From contig CP089274.1 in the NCBI GenBank assembly GCA_023920165.1, forward strand, positions 682,001-746,000: a stretch of 64,000 bases of DNA, in the 5' to 3' direction. Positions within the stretch are counted from its first letter, which is position 1, and every line of letters starts with the position of its first letter. Source of the stretch: Curvularia clavata (lineage: Eukaryota). The notes under the pieces are model-generated. The model had not been told where the DNA came from. It saw only the letters and a program-made list of their open reading frames with translations, and made no database searches. Position numbers and translations under genes: made by a program. Positions 11,840 through 25,363 of the stretch are shown in pieces.

Positions 11840-13372
11840 ATGCTCGTCACTACATTCCACTCGTCGGTCCCACGATTGCTCGTCATCCCACTCTTCCTCT
11901 TCGCCTGCGGCGTCTTCTACTTCTTCCCTCAGCAATACCATGGCTCGGCTGCCTACCACGTCCCCATTCTTACCGGCAAGAACCTCACTGAAACCAGCTC
12001 CACCTTTGACAAGTCAGTCCAAGACTTTTGGTCAGAGCTTGCTACGGCTCTGCTTGACGCCCAACCCCAGTGTGAGCCCTTGACGCTTGACGATGAAGGC
12101 TTCGACTCGATTGTCAAGTTTACACCGCTTGAGCCCCACAAGAAGCACCCGGATCGATTGGTCAACTTCACAAACAATGAAGAGACTGCCCTGTTTAGAG
12201 CACACTATGCCATGCGCAGGTCGGCCAAAGAGCTGGCCTCCAAAGTCCCCTTTGCACAAGGCACTACCGGTATCGTCACAACGGCCAACGCCAAGTACAT
12301 GCCCATCTTCCTCGTCTCACTCCGCCTGCTCCGCCGGACAGGATGTGATTTGCCCATGGAAGTCTTCATTGACGACTGGAGCAAGTATGATGCAACAGTC
12401 TGCGAAACCGTTCTGCCTTCCATGAACGCACGATGCGTCGTCCTATCAAACATCTACGACAAAGCCGCAGATGCGAAGCCACCAAGTCACTACCAGTACA
12501 AGGCTTTTGCTATCCTCTTTTCGTCTTTTCAACACGTCCTCTTCCTCGACAGCGACGCTTTTCCCTCGGAGGACCCAAAGGCGCTGTTTACGGCTGCACC
12601 ATACACGACCCACGGTCTTGTCACCTGGCCAGACTTCTGGGCTCAAACCATTTCCGCGCATTACTACCACATTGCCGCCATACCCGAAGTTCCGTCTCAG
12701 GCGCGACTTTCCACGGAGAGCGGCCAGCTCCTCATGAACAAAGACCTCCACCGCGAGACGCTCCTCATGATGGTCTACTACAACTACTACGGCCCTGACT
12801 ACTACTACATCCTCTTCAGCCAAGGCAGCCCCGGCGCCGGCGACAAGGAAACCTTCACGCAAGCCGCCATGGCCGTCGGCCTCCCCTACTACCAAGTCCG
12901 CACCGCCCCCGTCGCCCTCGGCCGCTTCATCAACGGCTCCTACGAAGGCACCGGCATCGGACAAGCCGATCCCCGTACTGACTACGACTACCTCGCCCCG
13001 ATGCGCAGCCACATCCACGAACAAGCCCTCTGGCAAGACAGCGACCTTGGCCCTCAGAAACAGCGAAACCACGCCCGCACAAATCCCTCCAAGCCCCGTC
13101 CTCTCTTCATCCATCAGAATAACCTCAAGCTCGATCCCGCATTCGTGCTAGACGACAAGAGGGCGTTTGACGAAAACGGTTCGCCGCATAGAATGTGGGG
13201 CAAGAAAGAAAACATGGAGAAGCAGCTGGGCTACGATGTAGAAATGAGACTGTGGGATGTTGTGGTAGAAGAGGGGTGCAGAGCAAATCAGCGCAGTGAC
13301 GTCTGCAGGAGACTGAAAGCCTGGTATAGAGATGTGTTTGGTAAGCTAGATGCCATTACGCCTCTGCGATGA
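11840..13372 (+). CDS. Alpha-mannosyltransferase, glycosyltransferase family 71 (Mnn2/Mnn5-like), type II membrane protein
   Basis: ATG at 11840 followed by a hydrophobic anchor. Motifs GIVTTA, YQYKAFAILFSSFQHVLFLDSD (DxD), WPDFW, ESGQLL, GAGDKETF. No intron. Confidence 0.9.
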   Translation: MLVTTFHSSVPRLLVIPLFLFACGVFYFFPQQYHGSAAYHVPILTGKNLTETSSTFDKSVQDFWSELATALLDAQPQCEPLTLDDEGFDSIVKFTPLEPHKKHPDRLVNFTNNEETALFRAHYAMRRSAKELASKVPFAQGTTGIVTTANAKYMPIFLVSLRLLRRTGCDLPMEVFIDDWSKYDATVCETVLPSMNARCVVLSNIYDKAADAKPPSHYQYKAFAILFSSFQHVLFLDSDAFPSEDPKALFTAAPYTTHGLVTWPDFWAQTISAHYYHIAAIPEVPSQARLSTESGQLLMNKDLHRETLLMMVYYNYYGPDYYYILFSQGSPGAGDKETFTQAAMAVGLPYYQVRTAPVALGRFINGSYEGTGIGQADPRTDYDYLAPMRSHIHEQALWQDSDLGPQKQRNHARTNPSKPRPLFIHQNNLKLDPAFVLDDKRAFDENGSPHRMWGKKENMEKQLGYDVEMRLWDVVVEEGCRANQRSDVCRRLKAWYRDVFGKLDAITPLR

Positions 13373-14090
13373 TTACGTATTCTTTTTTTTCGCCTTTTCA
13401 AGAGCAGGATTACGATAGGAATGTGGGGAGGGGAAGATGGAAAACGAAGAAGAAGAAAGATTGGAAAGGATAAGAATTTCCCTGGAATCGACACGACTTG
13501 ATATGCACCGAACGATTACGTGGATCGATTTTTTTTTGCTGGATTCTCTGGAGCGAGTGGTTTAAGCATTGTCTCTTGGTTTACTAATGCCCCTTTTTTA
13601 TTGTATAAATCTTGTCTTGTTTGTTATAGACAGAACGTTTAGGGATATGAGGATTTCGGCGTATTGGGAGTGCATGGGAGTTTTACCTACACTAGGACCA
13701 TGGTTCTCAGACCTTGTCTGTTTTTTTTTTGTTTTCCAACGCTTCTTGAGTTGTGCGTAGTAGCACAACAGCATGGTTATATACCCTCCTTTTTTTGTAA
13801 ACAAAGAGAGAACAAAATATATATATATATATAACAACAATTTCGGAATACTACAACTTGAATTTTATGTTTGATGCGAGCACTTCATTAAAATGGTTCG
13901 ACATGTGACAAGCATAGATTGATAGAAAAAAGAAACAGGGATATCATAAGTATGATGTACATATAACAAAACCAGAAGCCGTCATTGGCTCTACATCCCG
14001 TTCCCACCATATCCCATCTCCTCATAAGTCATCCACCCACATAACCAAGATCCATACGCCTTCCTCTATAAAAAAGCAGACACGCAAGGC

Positions 14091-17000
14091 TTAAGCAGAA
14101 TCATCCATCTCACTCTGCAGCAAACTCTCCATGATATCCTCCTCCGTAACCATAGTCCTCCTCCTGTCGTCCCGCCCAACCGTCAAAGCACTATGTTCAG
14201 CCATTGACTCGCCTTCCTCCTCGTCCTCCTCGTCCTCTTCATCGTCGTAATCACCTTCAAGAGGCATGCGTGTGCCTTCTCCCTGCATACCAGCTAGCAT
14301 TGTATCTTCGTCTTCTTCATCATCGTCATCCTCTTCCTTCTTAACTGGAGGAGTCTTCTTAGACCGGACTTGCTGCTGAGGCACCTCGGTGGCATCATCC
14401 GCCTCTGTCGCAACAGTCGTCTCGGGTAGACTCGTGTGCTCTGCACTTGCGTCCACGTCTTCGCCTGGAGCCTGTGTCGTGTTGTCAATCTCGCCTAGGC
14501 GCTTGGTCAGACTGGCTTCTAGTTTAGCTAGCGCATTGCGCTGGGTGGCATCAGTCCCGATGTTGCCTTCGACGGCTTCAGAAACCAGACTGTGGAGCGT
14601 CTGCAGCGGGTCTTCCTCTTCATCGTCTTGGTCGCTGCTCTTGAAGCTTGCACCTGATGGAGCGATGTAGAGTTTTCCGAGTAGCGAGAGCAGAGGCTTC
14701 CGTTCGTCCTTGGAGCATGTGCTCGTCAGTGCACGCTCCAAGATTTCAATTGCAAGTTGGATATGGGGCTCCTCTGCTTCGACTGTTGTGCTCGTCTTGC
14801 CGTCGAGACCAAGTTCGGTCGCGCCCACCACTTTGCGTCCATCAGTCCACTCGGCGAGATGGGCGGTAATGACAGGCCAGCCGACCATCTCGTCAATATC
14901 TTCTTCTTCGACATTCTCATCTCGCATGATGAGCAACTTTGAAATGATCGGGACAGCGATTTCGCCCATGAGCTTGGCATTCTTCAGTTTACTGTGACAG
15001 AAGACAGGAAGGAAATAGCTGAGCGCTTGTCGCAGTGCTGGGTTGATTGCTGTCTCAGGATCAAAGTACGTCAACGTGAAGGCTTTCAAGATTTCGGCTG
15101 TCGACTGGGGTGGCAGGATGCCGAGAAGCAACAGCTTAGATGCAGCGGTGCATGCAATCAAGCTGATGCGCTTGTTGTCCGAGGTAAATGCCTTGAGTAG
15201 AATCTTGGTAATAGGGCGGATGCGTGGGTTAGTAATGGGCTCCGCATCTTCAGACTCGGCGTCTGGGTCCGGAATGGTGGGCGTCAGAAGCTGTGGATGA
15301 GTGATGATAACATCTGTGAGGACCTGAGTAACAATTTCCTTTAGAGCATCATGGCCCCTGGTGAAGCAGTGGAAGAAGAGGTCGAGGTTGTTACCCGCGA
15401 GATCCTAGCCACTGTTAGTATGTTTCCATAGCATATGACAAGCTGTAACTTACCTTGCTGAGAAGGGCGGCTAGACCCAAGCAGATGACACCACGTTCGC
15501 GAATCATTGCCTGATGAGCTTGTACAGCTGGAATGATGAGTGTGTTAAGGATGTTTGTGAGCGACGTATCCGACTCCAGATCTCCCTCCACATTCTGAAG
15601 CGTGCACTGCGCGATATGCAGGCACTTGGAATATACCATGACCTCTCGGATCTGTCGCTCTTCCTTTTCCTCTTCTGTGAGATTTTCTGTGGCTTTGGCA
15701 GCTTTGGACTTCATCAAAGGAGCGTCCATATCCACGTCTGACTGAGCAGAGTGGAAACTCTCTTCAGCATCATCGCCTACCACCGTGGCATCATCGGCGT
15801 CCAAAAGAGAATCTCGAACATCGGCAATAGCTTCAACAATGAGGGCACAGAAGTCCGACTCGCCTCGGCTACCGCAAACCTTACGCAGAACCTCAATTGA
15901 GAGCTTGGTACACTCTTCGGGCAACTGAGCTTTGGAAATCGCTTCACGCACGATGTTGTACATCTGTCTGCGTCCCATTTCGTCTGTGTAGTCAAGTGTT
16001 TGAGCAATGTGAAGCAACTGCTGGACTACAAAATCTTGCTCCTCGACATCTTCCTGAGCTTCCTCGATCTCTGGGTCAGTCTCCTCCATGATCGCGACTT
16101 TGTCCACCAATTCCATGAGCGAGTTGAGTTCACGCTGCAGAACAAAGGCAAACATGGTGACTTCGGGCATCTTGTCCTCAATCATGCTCTGGACTCTGTC
16201 ATCGTCTGTGCTCTGCTTGTAGTCATTAAGCGTGCGGGCAACAAAGGCCGTCTGCGCATCGAGATTGTTCCAGAATTCATGATCGAATGTGATGTCTCTG
16301 CGGTAGTCCGGTCGGCCGTCCCAGAACTGGCGCATGGCTTCATGAGCCATGCCGTCTTCTTCACCGGACCGTGTGACGTCGATGCGTTCCAGCAACTCGC
16401 ATAGCGCTTCCAAGCTGGGTGGTGCAACGTCGCCGGGTTTCTTCTCTTCTTCAGATCGAGTATCGCGCGAGGAAGCGCAGTCTTCGAGCCAGCGTTCGCG
16501 GAAAAGGGTTGCAGCAGCCTTTCGGACAATATCGTCTCGATCTCTGAGACCCCAGCGGATAAGCTTCTCCCTCTCCACAAGAGACATGTGTCGGAAGTCG
16601 CCCAAAGCCGGCAGGATCTTGCCATAAACCAATCTCCGAGTGGTTGCGTCCATATCGCGAGCTCGCTCAAGAATGTATCGCAGGGTTGACGGCCAAAGTG
16701 GCAAGTTCAGCAGCACAGCTCGTCGCACTTCGGCACTAGGATCATTGATCATAATGTCCAAGAGCTTCTCCAGAATGCCGCCTGCTTCGTCGTCACTGTC
16801 CTCCTCATCTTGCTCCTCATCGTCATTGCCCGCAAGGCGACCAAGGCCAAGAATGGCTTGAACGCGTACTGATGGTTCTTTGTCTCGCAGGCGCTTCAAG
16901 AAACCCACTCTTATCAGGTTGAAGATATCATCATCAATGGTTGTGAGGCTGTTTACGATATGCGCAACTGTCTGTGTCGCTCTAAACCGGACCGTCTTGT

Positions 17001-17616
17001 CTTTGGCTGTCAGAAAGGCAAGGATGGTGGTGAGAATGTGGGATGTAAGTCTACTGGTAGGCGTCTCGTGAAAGGCCGTTGCATCCTCTTCGGATTCGGT
17101 GGCAAAGATTTGTTGATCTGGTGCTGGTCAGCATATTTTTTTCTTTTTCAGCATAACAATGCGTAACCAACCTTTCTCTGAAGCATACTTCAGGAAGATT
17201 CCCAGAAAGCGAATCACCCTGTCTCCCACCGGCTCGCTCTTCTTGACAGACATGATCCTGAGCAAACACCTTACAATCTCGGCGTTGAACTCTCCCTCAT
17301 CAAAGTCTTCCTGCTCCTCCTGGCCCTTCTTCCCGCCTTTGCCAGTGTCTGGGGGCTCGAAACAGCATGCTTCTTGGATCTTCCTCAGATTGACCACCAG
17401 CTTCCTTTGGGTCGCAGTCGTCTTTTGAGCATCGCTGAAGACTTGAGCGATCTGTGTGCGGAGGGTGGTGATGGGGCCTTCGTCGGGGATTTCGACTGCG
17501 TTGGCGGATTGCCTTGCAGAAGAACCGCGTGTTGTCCTGGTTGTGCCAGAGCTGGTTTTCCGGGTGCTTGAAGTGGTTGGCCCACGCGGCACGCGAGTCG
17601 AGGGGCGTCCGGGCAT
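14091..17616 (-). CDS. YCG1: Condensin non-SMC HEAT-repeat subunit Cnd3/Ycg1 (CAP-G)
   Basis: Three exons; introns 17171-17118 and 15453-15405. Motifs RLRDKEPSVRVQA, DPSAEVRRAVL, ERARDMD, WGLRDRD, LRQALSYFLPVFC; acidic C-terminal tail. Confidence 0.92.
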
Positions 17617-17887
17617 AGTTTCGGGTATTGTCAGTAGAAGGCGGGGTCGTCTACTGTGGCATGTGTGGGCATGGCCTCAATTGTCGGTGTTGTTGTTTAC
17701 GCACCCCCGCGCGACAACGACTCGTGGGTGCAGGGGTCCTGCCGGCAGGGGTCCGCGGCGCTTGCGAAATCGGGCGAAAGCGCGTTGATTCGCCGACCAG
17801 CCGATGGCATCATCGCCAGTCTTCCTGACCTTCAACTTGGAGATTCTTTTGCCTCCGGCTTTGTGAAGTTATTATACTTTTGCAACA

Positions 17888-19073
17888 ATGTTCCGGACAG
17901 CTGCACGGGGCTTCGTGACCTCTGCGCGACGAGGCGCAGAGATCATTGGCTCGGCAGAAGCCCAGCAGACTGCTCTTAACATCTCCAAAGCTCAGGGCAT
18001 TGGTCAGCGGGGCTTTCTCGATGGTAACATGGTCACCAGGCTCTGGAGTGAAGACATGCTAACGTGTATGCTCAGCCATTGGAAAGACTCCTCTTATCCG
18101 CTTGAAGAAGCTCTCCGAGGAAACAGGATGCAACATTCTCGGAAAGGCAGAGTTCCAAAACCCAGGCGGCTCCGTCAAGGATCGCGCCGCTCTCTTCGTC
18201 GTTGAGAATGCTGAGCGCCAGGGTCTCCTGAAGCCCGGCGGTACCGTCATTGAAGGCACAGCCGGTAACACTGGTATTGGTCTTGCGCATGTCTGCCGCT
18301 CGAAGGGTTACAAATTAGTCATCTACATGCCCAACACACAGTCGCAGGGCAAGATTGATCTCCTGAGGTTGCTGGGAGCAGAGGTGTACCCAGTACCAGC
18401 TGTTGCATTTGAGAACCCGGAAAACTACAACCACCAAGCAAGGCGACATGCCGAGAGACTGGAAAATGCCGTATGGACCAACCAGTTTGACAACGTAGCG
18501 AACCGACAGGCGCATATCGAGACAACAGGACCAGAGATCTGGGCTCAGACAGGAGGCAAGCTGGATGCTTTTACCTGCGCCACCGGCACAGGAGGTAGCC
18601 TGGCAGGTGTGACCAGGTATCTCAAGGAGAAGAGCAACGGAAAGGTCAAGAGCTTTTTGGCTGACCCGCCGGGATCCGTACTGCACTCTTACATCCAGAG
18701 TGGCGGCAAGCTTACCGAGAGATCTGGAGGCTCAATCACAGAGGGAATTGGTCAAGGTCGTGTAACAGACAACCTGAAGCCCGACATTGACCTTCTTGAT
18801 GGCTCGGTGCACATCAGCGATGAAAAGACAATTGAGATGGTCTACAGGTGTCTGGATGAAGAGGGTCTCTACCTCGGTGCTAGCTCGTGTTTGAACGTTG
18901 TTGCAGCAAAGGAGATAGCTGAGAAGCTGGGCAAGGGATCAACTGTCGTTACTCTGCTGTGCGATGGCGCATACCGATACGCCGATCGCTTGTTCTCCAA
19001 GAAATGGCTGGAGCAGAAGAAGCTGTACGATGCGATACCCGAGCACCTACGCAAGTACATCGTGCTGGAGTAG
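17888..19073 (+). CDS. cysB: Cysteine synthase (O-acetylserine sulfhydrylase, PLP-dependent) with a mitochondrial-type presequence
   Basis: Intron 18024-18075 joins ...FLD to AIGKTPLI. Motifs [14 protein letters not shown] (PLP lysine), [25 protein letters not shown]-terminus MFRTAARGF is Arg-rich. Confidence 0.95.
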
Positions 19074-20205
19074 ATGACCAAGTATATATAAATCACCAAT
19101 ATATCCAGTGTACAACAACAATTTAAAAGGGTCCGCGCCTTACAGCCTGATAGAGTTACTGTGGTATAATGATAACCTTTATGCGATCTTCAGTCTTTGG
19201 CGGTGACCTTTCTACACCTCATCTGCAAAACCTACACAGCAGTGTATATACACGAAAACAACGAATTATATTTCCAATACCACCTCAAGTCTTCCTCAAT
19301 CCTCTCATAGCCATCAGATGAATTCCTATGACACGCTTACCTAATCCATGTCTCCGTCCCGTCCCTAGTTCTTTCACGTGCCTCCTAGTCACGCCCACAA
19401 TCTCCACCATAACCAACGCCTCTCAAACCTACCCAAAACAGCTATATCTCCCAAACCCCCCGAGAATAAAAACAATATTTACACTATATGCCCCTACTCC
19501 TAGTGAAACCGCCTGCAATCCACACCCCACACACCTACTTGCCTTCCCAGGCAGTATCGCCAAGCGCCGATCAAGCGCATCGAGTTTGGAAAAACACGCT
19601 GAGATCGACGGTTTGCTGGAATAGGTAGATTTTTTTGCTTTACGGTAGAAGGCGATGAAGGGGGGAAAGGGGAGGGGGGGCCCCTTGAGACCAAGACGGC
19701 AGATATGCAGGGATTGGATTGGAGCGGAGGAGGAGAGATTAAGCGGGGAAGAAGGAAAAGCAACGAGAAAAAAGAAATATGATTGAACTGCAGGAATCCA
19801 CGGCTGTTTTCTGGGAATGCGAAATCCTGCCTATCTGGGGGTGTGGGGCCTATGCGCCATTACCTAGGGTGAGGGGGAGAAACGTATGTTGGCACTTTTT
19901 TTTCTCGTTGGAGGTGAGTTGAGGAGGAAAGTTGTATATATCAGGGAACAAGCTCGTCACATTTTTTCTTGTTTTTGCATGGTTTGATAATTTTCAGAGT
20001 AGGGGGAAAAGTAAAATTGTTAGTGTGTTTGGAGAAGAAGAAGTAAAAGTGCCAGCGCTACATGCGTGAGTAGTAAGAAAAATAAAAACAGAGAAGAGAA
20101 ATGAGTAGCGCTACTCTGCGCACTCAGGGTATAGACAACTGCCTCGAACGAGACCAAAAGAAAAAGAAAAAAACACTCTCGTGAGGAAGACCCAACCTCG
20201 CCACG

Positions 20206-21737
20206 TTAAAAAGTGGTACCCGGCTTATTCTTCCTCCAAAACATTGCCTTCGCTGCATTCACGCTTTGTGGTGGTGGGTCGAACTTTGGCGCCGCGTCCT
20301 CAATATCCATTTGCTCCAGCTTCCTCTGCGAGTTTCTCTGCAACTCCCTCTTCAGCTTGCGCTCGTCCTTCCTTCGCATCCATGTGACCCAGATGCAGTA
20401 GCTAGCAGCAATTATACCGAGGCCGCCAACGACTCCTCCGACAACAGCGCCGATGAGTCCTTGCCTCTGCCATTGAGACTGCTTAGGTCGCTCATAGGCA
20501 ACGGGAGTGGATTTGGGACAGAAGGTCACAGGCATGACCATGTTGTTCTTTTGGACGGCTTCGGCGAGGTAGAAGTTGTTGGTTTCGTAGTCGGCCATGA
20601 GGTAGACTTGGGCGAGGAAAGCGGTTCCGAGGTAGAATGGGGTATCGGCGGATTCGTCGCGGTCTTGGATTGGTGTGATGTTTGAGGCGTTCACGAGGAC
20701 TTCGGGGGGTAGGGTGATGCTGAAGCCGTCTTCCAGGACGATGGTAAGTGTGCCGCTGAAGCTGTCTTTGAGCTTGAGCGAGTTGTCGCCCCATCTGTTG
20801 TCCTTCTCGGCTCCAAGATGCTTGATGAAGTTTTGGGTAATCTGGTAGGGAAGGGAGAATGGAAACTGCTCCGTTGTAATCTGGGCTTCAAAGTCCTCGG
20901 CGCGTGACTTCATATCCGTGAAGACGTTGTTGTCGAAAAGGGACGTGTTTGAGTTGTCTGTTGATCCTGTAATGACGATGTCCTTGACACGAACACTCAT
21001 AGGGTTGGCGTTGGCAATGTTCATGGGATACTTGTGCGGTTCGCCTGTGAAACGGCCAGAGTCGTATCCTCCAAACACGTTGCTGCCGTTGACCACGCCT
21101 CCAGCCCGCTCAAACCCATGACCAATGTATAAAGAGTATGTTGCTCCAGCGATGATGTCCTGCGCTACGAGATCCCGTATCAAAGTCGACGAAGAGCCGA
21201 CGCCTACTCTTCCTGGAGTTATTGACCCTGACTGGGCGACTTCAACTGTCGAGTTGTGTACTAGTGTTTGTGACGCGCCGTCGTTCTCGAAGTAGTGTGT
21301 ATATAATCGAAGCGTCTCTTGACCAAAGAACCCTGAGAAAGTATCTTGATCTTTGTCTAGTGTTTGGAAGTTATCTATCTTCTCGAAGCTACATTGCATG
21401 TTAGTTGATGTTGTGGCTGTAGAAGTAGAGTGACATACGACGTCGAGTCTCGAGAGTTGAAGAAGCCACCAGTACTCCTGTCACAGTTCTTAAGTGTTGT
21501 GTTTTTGCAGTAGTCGCTCGACGCGAATGAAGTGTGGTTCTGTTGTAATGATGGCCAAAGACTTTGATTTTGTGCCGGTGTTCCTAGTCCGATGAAGGAT
21601 CCATACTGGAAGACTGGAGAGTCATGAACGGCTCGCTTGTGTATATCGACATATATCGGCATCTTGGTGCAGTTTGAGGCAACCGTTGACTGAGCCAACA
21701 GCACAGTTGCGGAGAAGTAGAAGATGAAGGACGCCAT
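20206..21737 (-). CDS. Pepsin-like (peptidase A1 fold) type I membrane protein, apparently non-catalytic
   Basis: Signal peptide MASFIFYFSATVLLAQSTVA; intron 21438-21389. A1-fold motifs IGLGTPAQ, YSLYIG, FGGYDSGRF, YLGTAFLAQVYLMADYE. C-terminal TM segment GLIGAVVGGVVGGLGIIAASYCIWVTW followed by basic residues. Confidence 0.8.
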
Positions 21738-23290
21738 GGTGGATAGCAAGAGACACTCAAGTCCAACAAGCTGCAAGTCAAGGAAGAACAAGATGCACTG
21801 TGCTTATAGCACCACTAGGTAGCAAAGCTGGGCAGCAAGATGTACAGAATGTCTCAGGCCAAGGCTGTGAAGGTACTGCAGGCCATACGGTGTCTTTGTA
21901 TACCCCAAGCAATCTGTACATCGAGACACTAAGATGGGTATGCAGGCAGCCGGCCAGTCAGCTGCGGGGTCAGCTATTCTTACATGCAGAGATACCCACT
22001 ATTCTCCTCTGATGGCGCATAGCTGCATTCTGGCGCTGTTCCCAGAGCCGCACGGATCTCAACGGCTGCTGTGTGGGCGCCTGCTGATGCGGTTGTGGAA
22101 ATGTCGCAACCATGGTAGGCGTGGTGTGAGCGCTTCGAACAGGGAGGTAAATGAGGAATAAAGATAACCCCCTTCCGAAGCCCGGGGTACGCAATACAGA
22201 GGCACAGCTGATTGGGTCTTTGTTGTAGGCTGCTGGACTAAAGATAGCTGGCGTTTACAAAGACTAGTCGATTGGATGCCATCTTCTCGCCAGTAGCTCA
22301 AGCGCCCGAGCGCCCGGGCCCACATGCAGATGTGGAGCCGACTCATGGCTATTCTTAACTTCGCGCTCACTGGAGCCCGGAACAGCAAGACCACGAAGCT
22401 TGCGTATGCGCCGGCAATGTAGAGGCTCTTGGATTGCTGTACACCGGAAATGAAGCTATCCGATGTGTCTTATTCCCAGTGCATGCTGTCTCGGTCGTTC
22501 TTCCACAGCCCATGCACCACCACACTTTGCTTGTTTGCTTGCAAGACTCATTGCCCCCAATCGGGATTGCATACGTGGGTGCGTTACCTACACACCTCAT
22601 CTGTTCTTAATACTTTTGCGTCATGTGTTGAAGACTGCCTCTTCTATCACTCTTTGGCTGACCACCAACTCTCTCTGACACCGGACTGTTGCGTTGTGCG
22701 TGTCACGAGCACTTTTATACGCCATGTTCCAGCGCTTACGCTGATTGCGTACGTCCATTTAAACACGTCATGGCCTCCTGCTCCATTTTACTCAGCGTTG
22801 TCATACACAAACAGCGGCTTGATATCGCTCTTTGCCTATCCTTGAGATACGATTGCATTAAATGCCTGGGCATGATACATGGAGATTCCCGTGGGGATAA
22901 TCTACTGGAGTTTGAGAATATACCTCTGCGTGATCTTGACATGTGCCGAACTGCATCTTGATGTAAGGCCAGCACCCACTCTAAACGGTGTAACGCCTAA
23001 CCTTGACCCGGCAAATATCCTTGGGCCTCCTCGGGGTTAGAACACCCGTGTAACATGCGCCGTGTCCCTAACCCTGAAACCCTTTACCCAGCTATGATAC
23101 ATCAGGAAACCTTTGCCATACTCTCATGCGTAGCAATAAGAGCTTGAAGATGTATACGCGCCTAACACCAAACTCCATTGCTATTGTGCTAAGATGACCA
23201 GAGGCATGTGCCAAATGTGTTCCGATAAATTACTAAACACAACGAAGATCGGCAGATCGATCAGACTTGAAGGAAGAGGGCCTGGCTTGC

Positions 23291-25219
23291 TCACGGATTG
23301 ATGAGTACCCATCGCTTCTCTTTCTCCGTAGGGCCTACCCTCGCAGCGACGACGCTAAGGGTGTTGCTGATGGCATCTTTCGGCAACTTGGGAAACGCCT
23401 TCTTCAACGATTCGATCATACCAAGCTTGGTAAGATCTTTGCCCTCAATCTCGGCCTTGAAAGCCTGAAGTTGCTCAGCAGGTACCATTCGTTTGGCCTT
23501 AGCCGGCTTAGCCGGCGCGCTTGAAGGAGCCTTCTGGGGGCCATTCAAAGTGTTCAGCAGACCGCTCATAGTGCGTTGGGCGAGTGGCGCTCGGGGCGGA
23601 TTCATGGCACCATTACCAGCGCTTTCCTTGCTTACACCAGCCGAAGCAGGCGCTACAGCTGCAGGATCTGGTGCCCAGTATGCTGTGGAAAACGGATCTA
23701 TTGACTGTACCTGCGGGTCCAGTAAGAACCCCATCCTGAAGTCCTTGAAATCTGTACAAATGGCATCAGATCCGTCGTTCAGCCGGGACACGCCATCTGT
23801 ATCCTCCCAGCATAAGCCAGTGCTGACAGGCACCAGGTCACCACTGATGAGTCCGCGCTTCAGTTGCGGGTCTTCTTCATCGTCGAGGAAGCCGTCCATG
23901 TCGTCATCTGCGTCGTCTTCGTTGTCCTCCTCGCCGTCAGAGTCCAGGTCTTCGCCCTCTTCAGGTTCGTCCCATTCGGCTTCAGAGTCGTAGTCGTAGT
24001 CGGTGTCCTGTCGGACCCTCGAGAAAGGATTGCGTGCGAGGTGAGCAGCCTTGGCGTCGGTGTATGGCTTGGTGTATGTTCCGCAATAAGGTGGGCGTAC
24101 ATCGCTGTAAAAATGAATGTACTTGACTGGTATTTCTTTGAGCATCTCTAGTGGATGCCTAGTTGCCGCGGCATTCTCAGCAGTAAGATCAATAGGGTGA
24201 TCAGACGACTTGTTGACACAATCAACGACTTCAGCAATAGTAGCCGTCCTGTAACCCCGAATGCTGCGCTTTGGCAAGCGTGATACCAAGGCCTGCCGTG
24301 TGATTGGTTCCGTAGACTCATCTTTTCTTGCAACAATGCTCTCCAGTCGCTTTCGAGCAGCCTCTAATCGCTCAGGCTCGTTCAAGAGGGCGTTCGTTGG
24401 CGCAAGAATGGTATGCGCAGGCAGGCTAAATGGCAAGAAGTACCGTTCGTAGTCTGACTTTGCGCTCGCAACAATGGTTTTCTGTGGAGAGGGGGGGTTG
24501 AGATTAGTATTGGCTCCAGATCTATCTGGTAATGATACAGAGGTTGTGGGGTTCTGGGATGAAGGTACCACAGCCTGTCCTGGGCTCGTTTCTGCTTTTG
24601 GCTTCGTGAAAAAAGCGTTGAGCTTCATCTGTGACTGTCGTGGAGTTAGCACCGCTCAGACAAGTTGATGCAATCCTAAAGAAATCATTTCCCTAGGCAG
24701 TCGCAAAAGTCATCCCACAACATGCCGGCAGCGGCTAAGAGCACTTACCCGTGCCTTCTTTGCCTTTTCTTCTTCAAGGCGTTGCTGCTCCTCTTCCTTT
24801 ATACGCTTCTTCTGATCTCGTTCTTCGTTCTTTTTTCGCTTCTCCTCATCTCTCTGTGCTTTCTGCTCTGCCTTCAGTTTCTCTTCGGCCTCCCTTTGTG
24901 CCTTCTTCTCCTCTCGTGCCTTCGCCTTGGCTTCCTTCTCAAGCCGCTGTGCCTCCTTTTCTTGTGTAGTCAATTTCCGCCTTTTGGCCGGTTGTTGTGT
25001 GTTATTCGAGGCGGCGCCATCGGTATGTTGGTTGGAATTGGGTCCGGTCGAACTCGGTACGCTACTTTTGAAAGGTGAAGGTGTCTGGACTGAGAGCTCC
25101 GAGAGCGGTGTGGAGGCTTGAGAATCGGTTGTGGGCTTGACAGGTGTGATTGGGGGTTCGACTTCTTCCTCGAGCGGACGCTTCTGAGGCACCGGTGCAA
25201 CGGGAGTGGGATCCTCCAT
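23291..25219 (-). CDS. RLF2: Chromatin assembly factor 1 large subunit (Cac1/Rlf2/p150)
   Basis: Intron 24748-24635. KER coiled coil, PIP box QMKLNAFF, KYIHFYSDVRPPYCGT, acidic DYDYDSEAEWDEPEEGEDL segment, C-terminal domain ending KRWVL. Confidence 0.93.
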
Positions 25220-25363
25220 GCTGAGTTACGAGTGCAGCAATGTTGCGTTTTTGTACTGTGCGAATTGTAGGCCTTGAAGTTGTTTTGGCCAAGAACGAAT
25301 TAGGCCGGTTGAGTTGTGGTTGAAAGAGCGTGATAGCGATTGCGGGCGTTGATGCGGGAGGTG

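Noticed and set aside
12446..13114. 222-aa antisense ORF (similarly 59156-59959, 57096-57644, 23493-23993)
   Set aside because: Shadow ORFs opposite well-supported genes, caused by codon bias.
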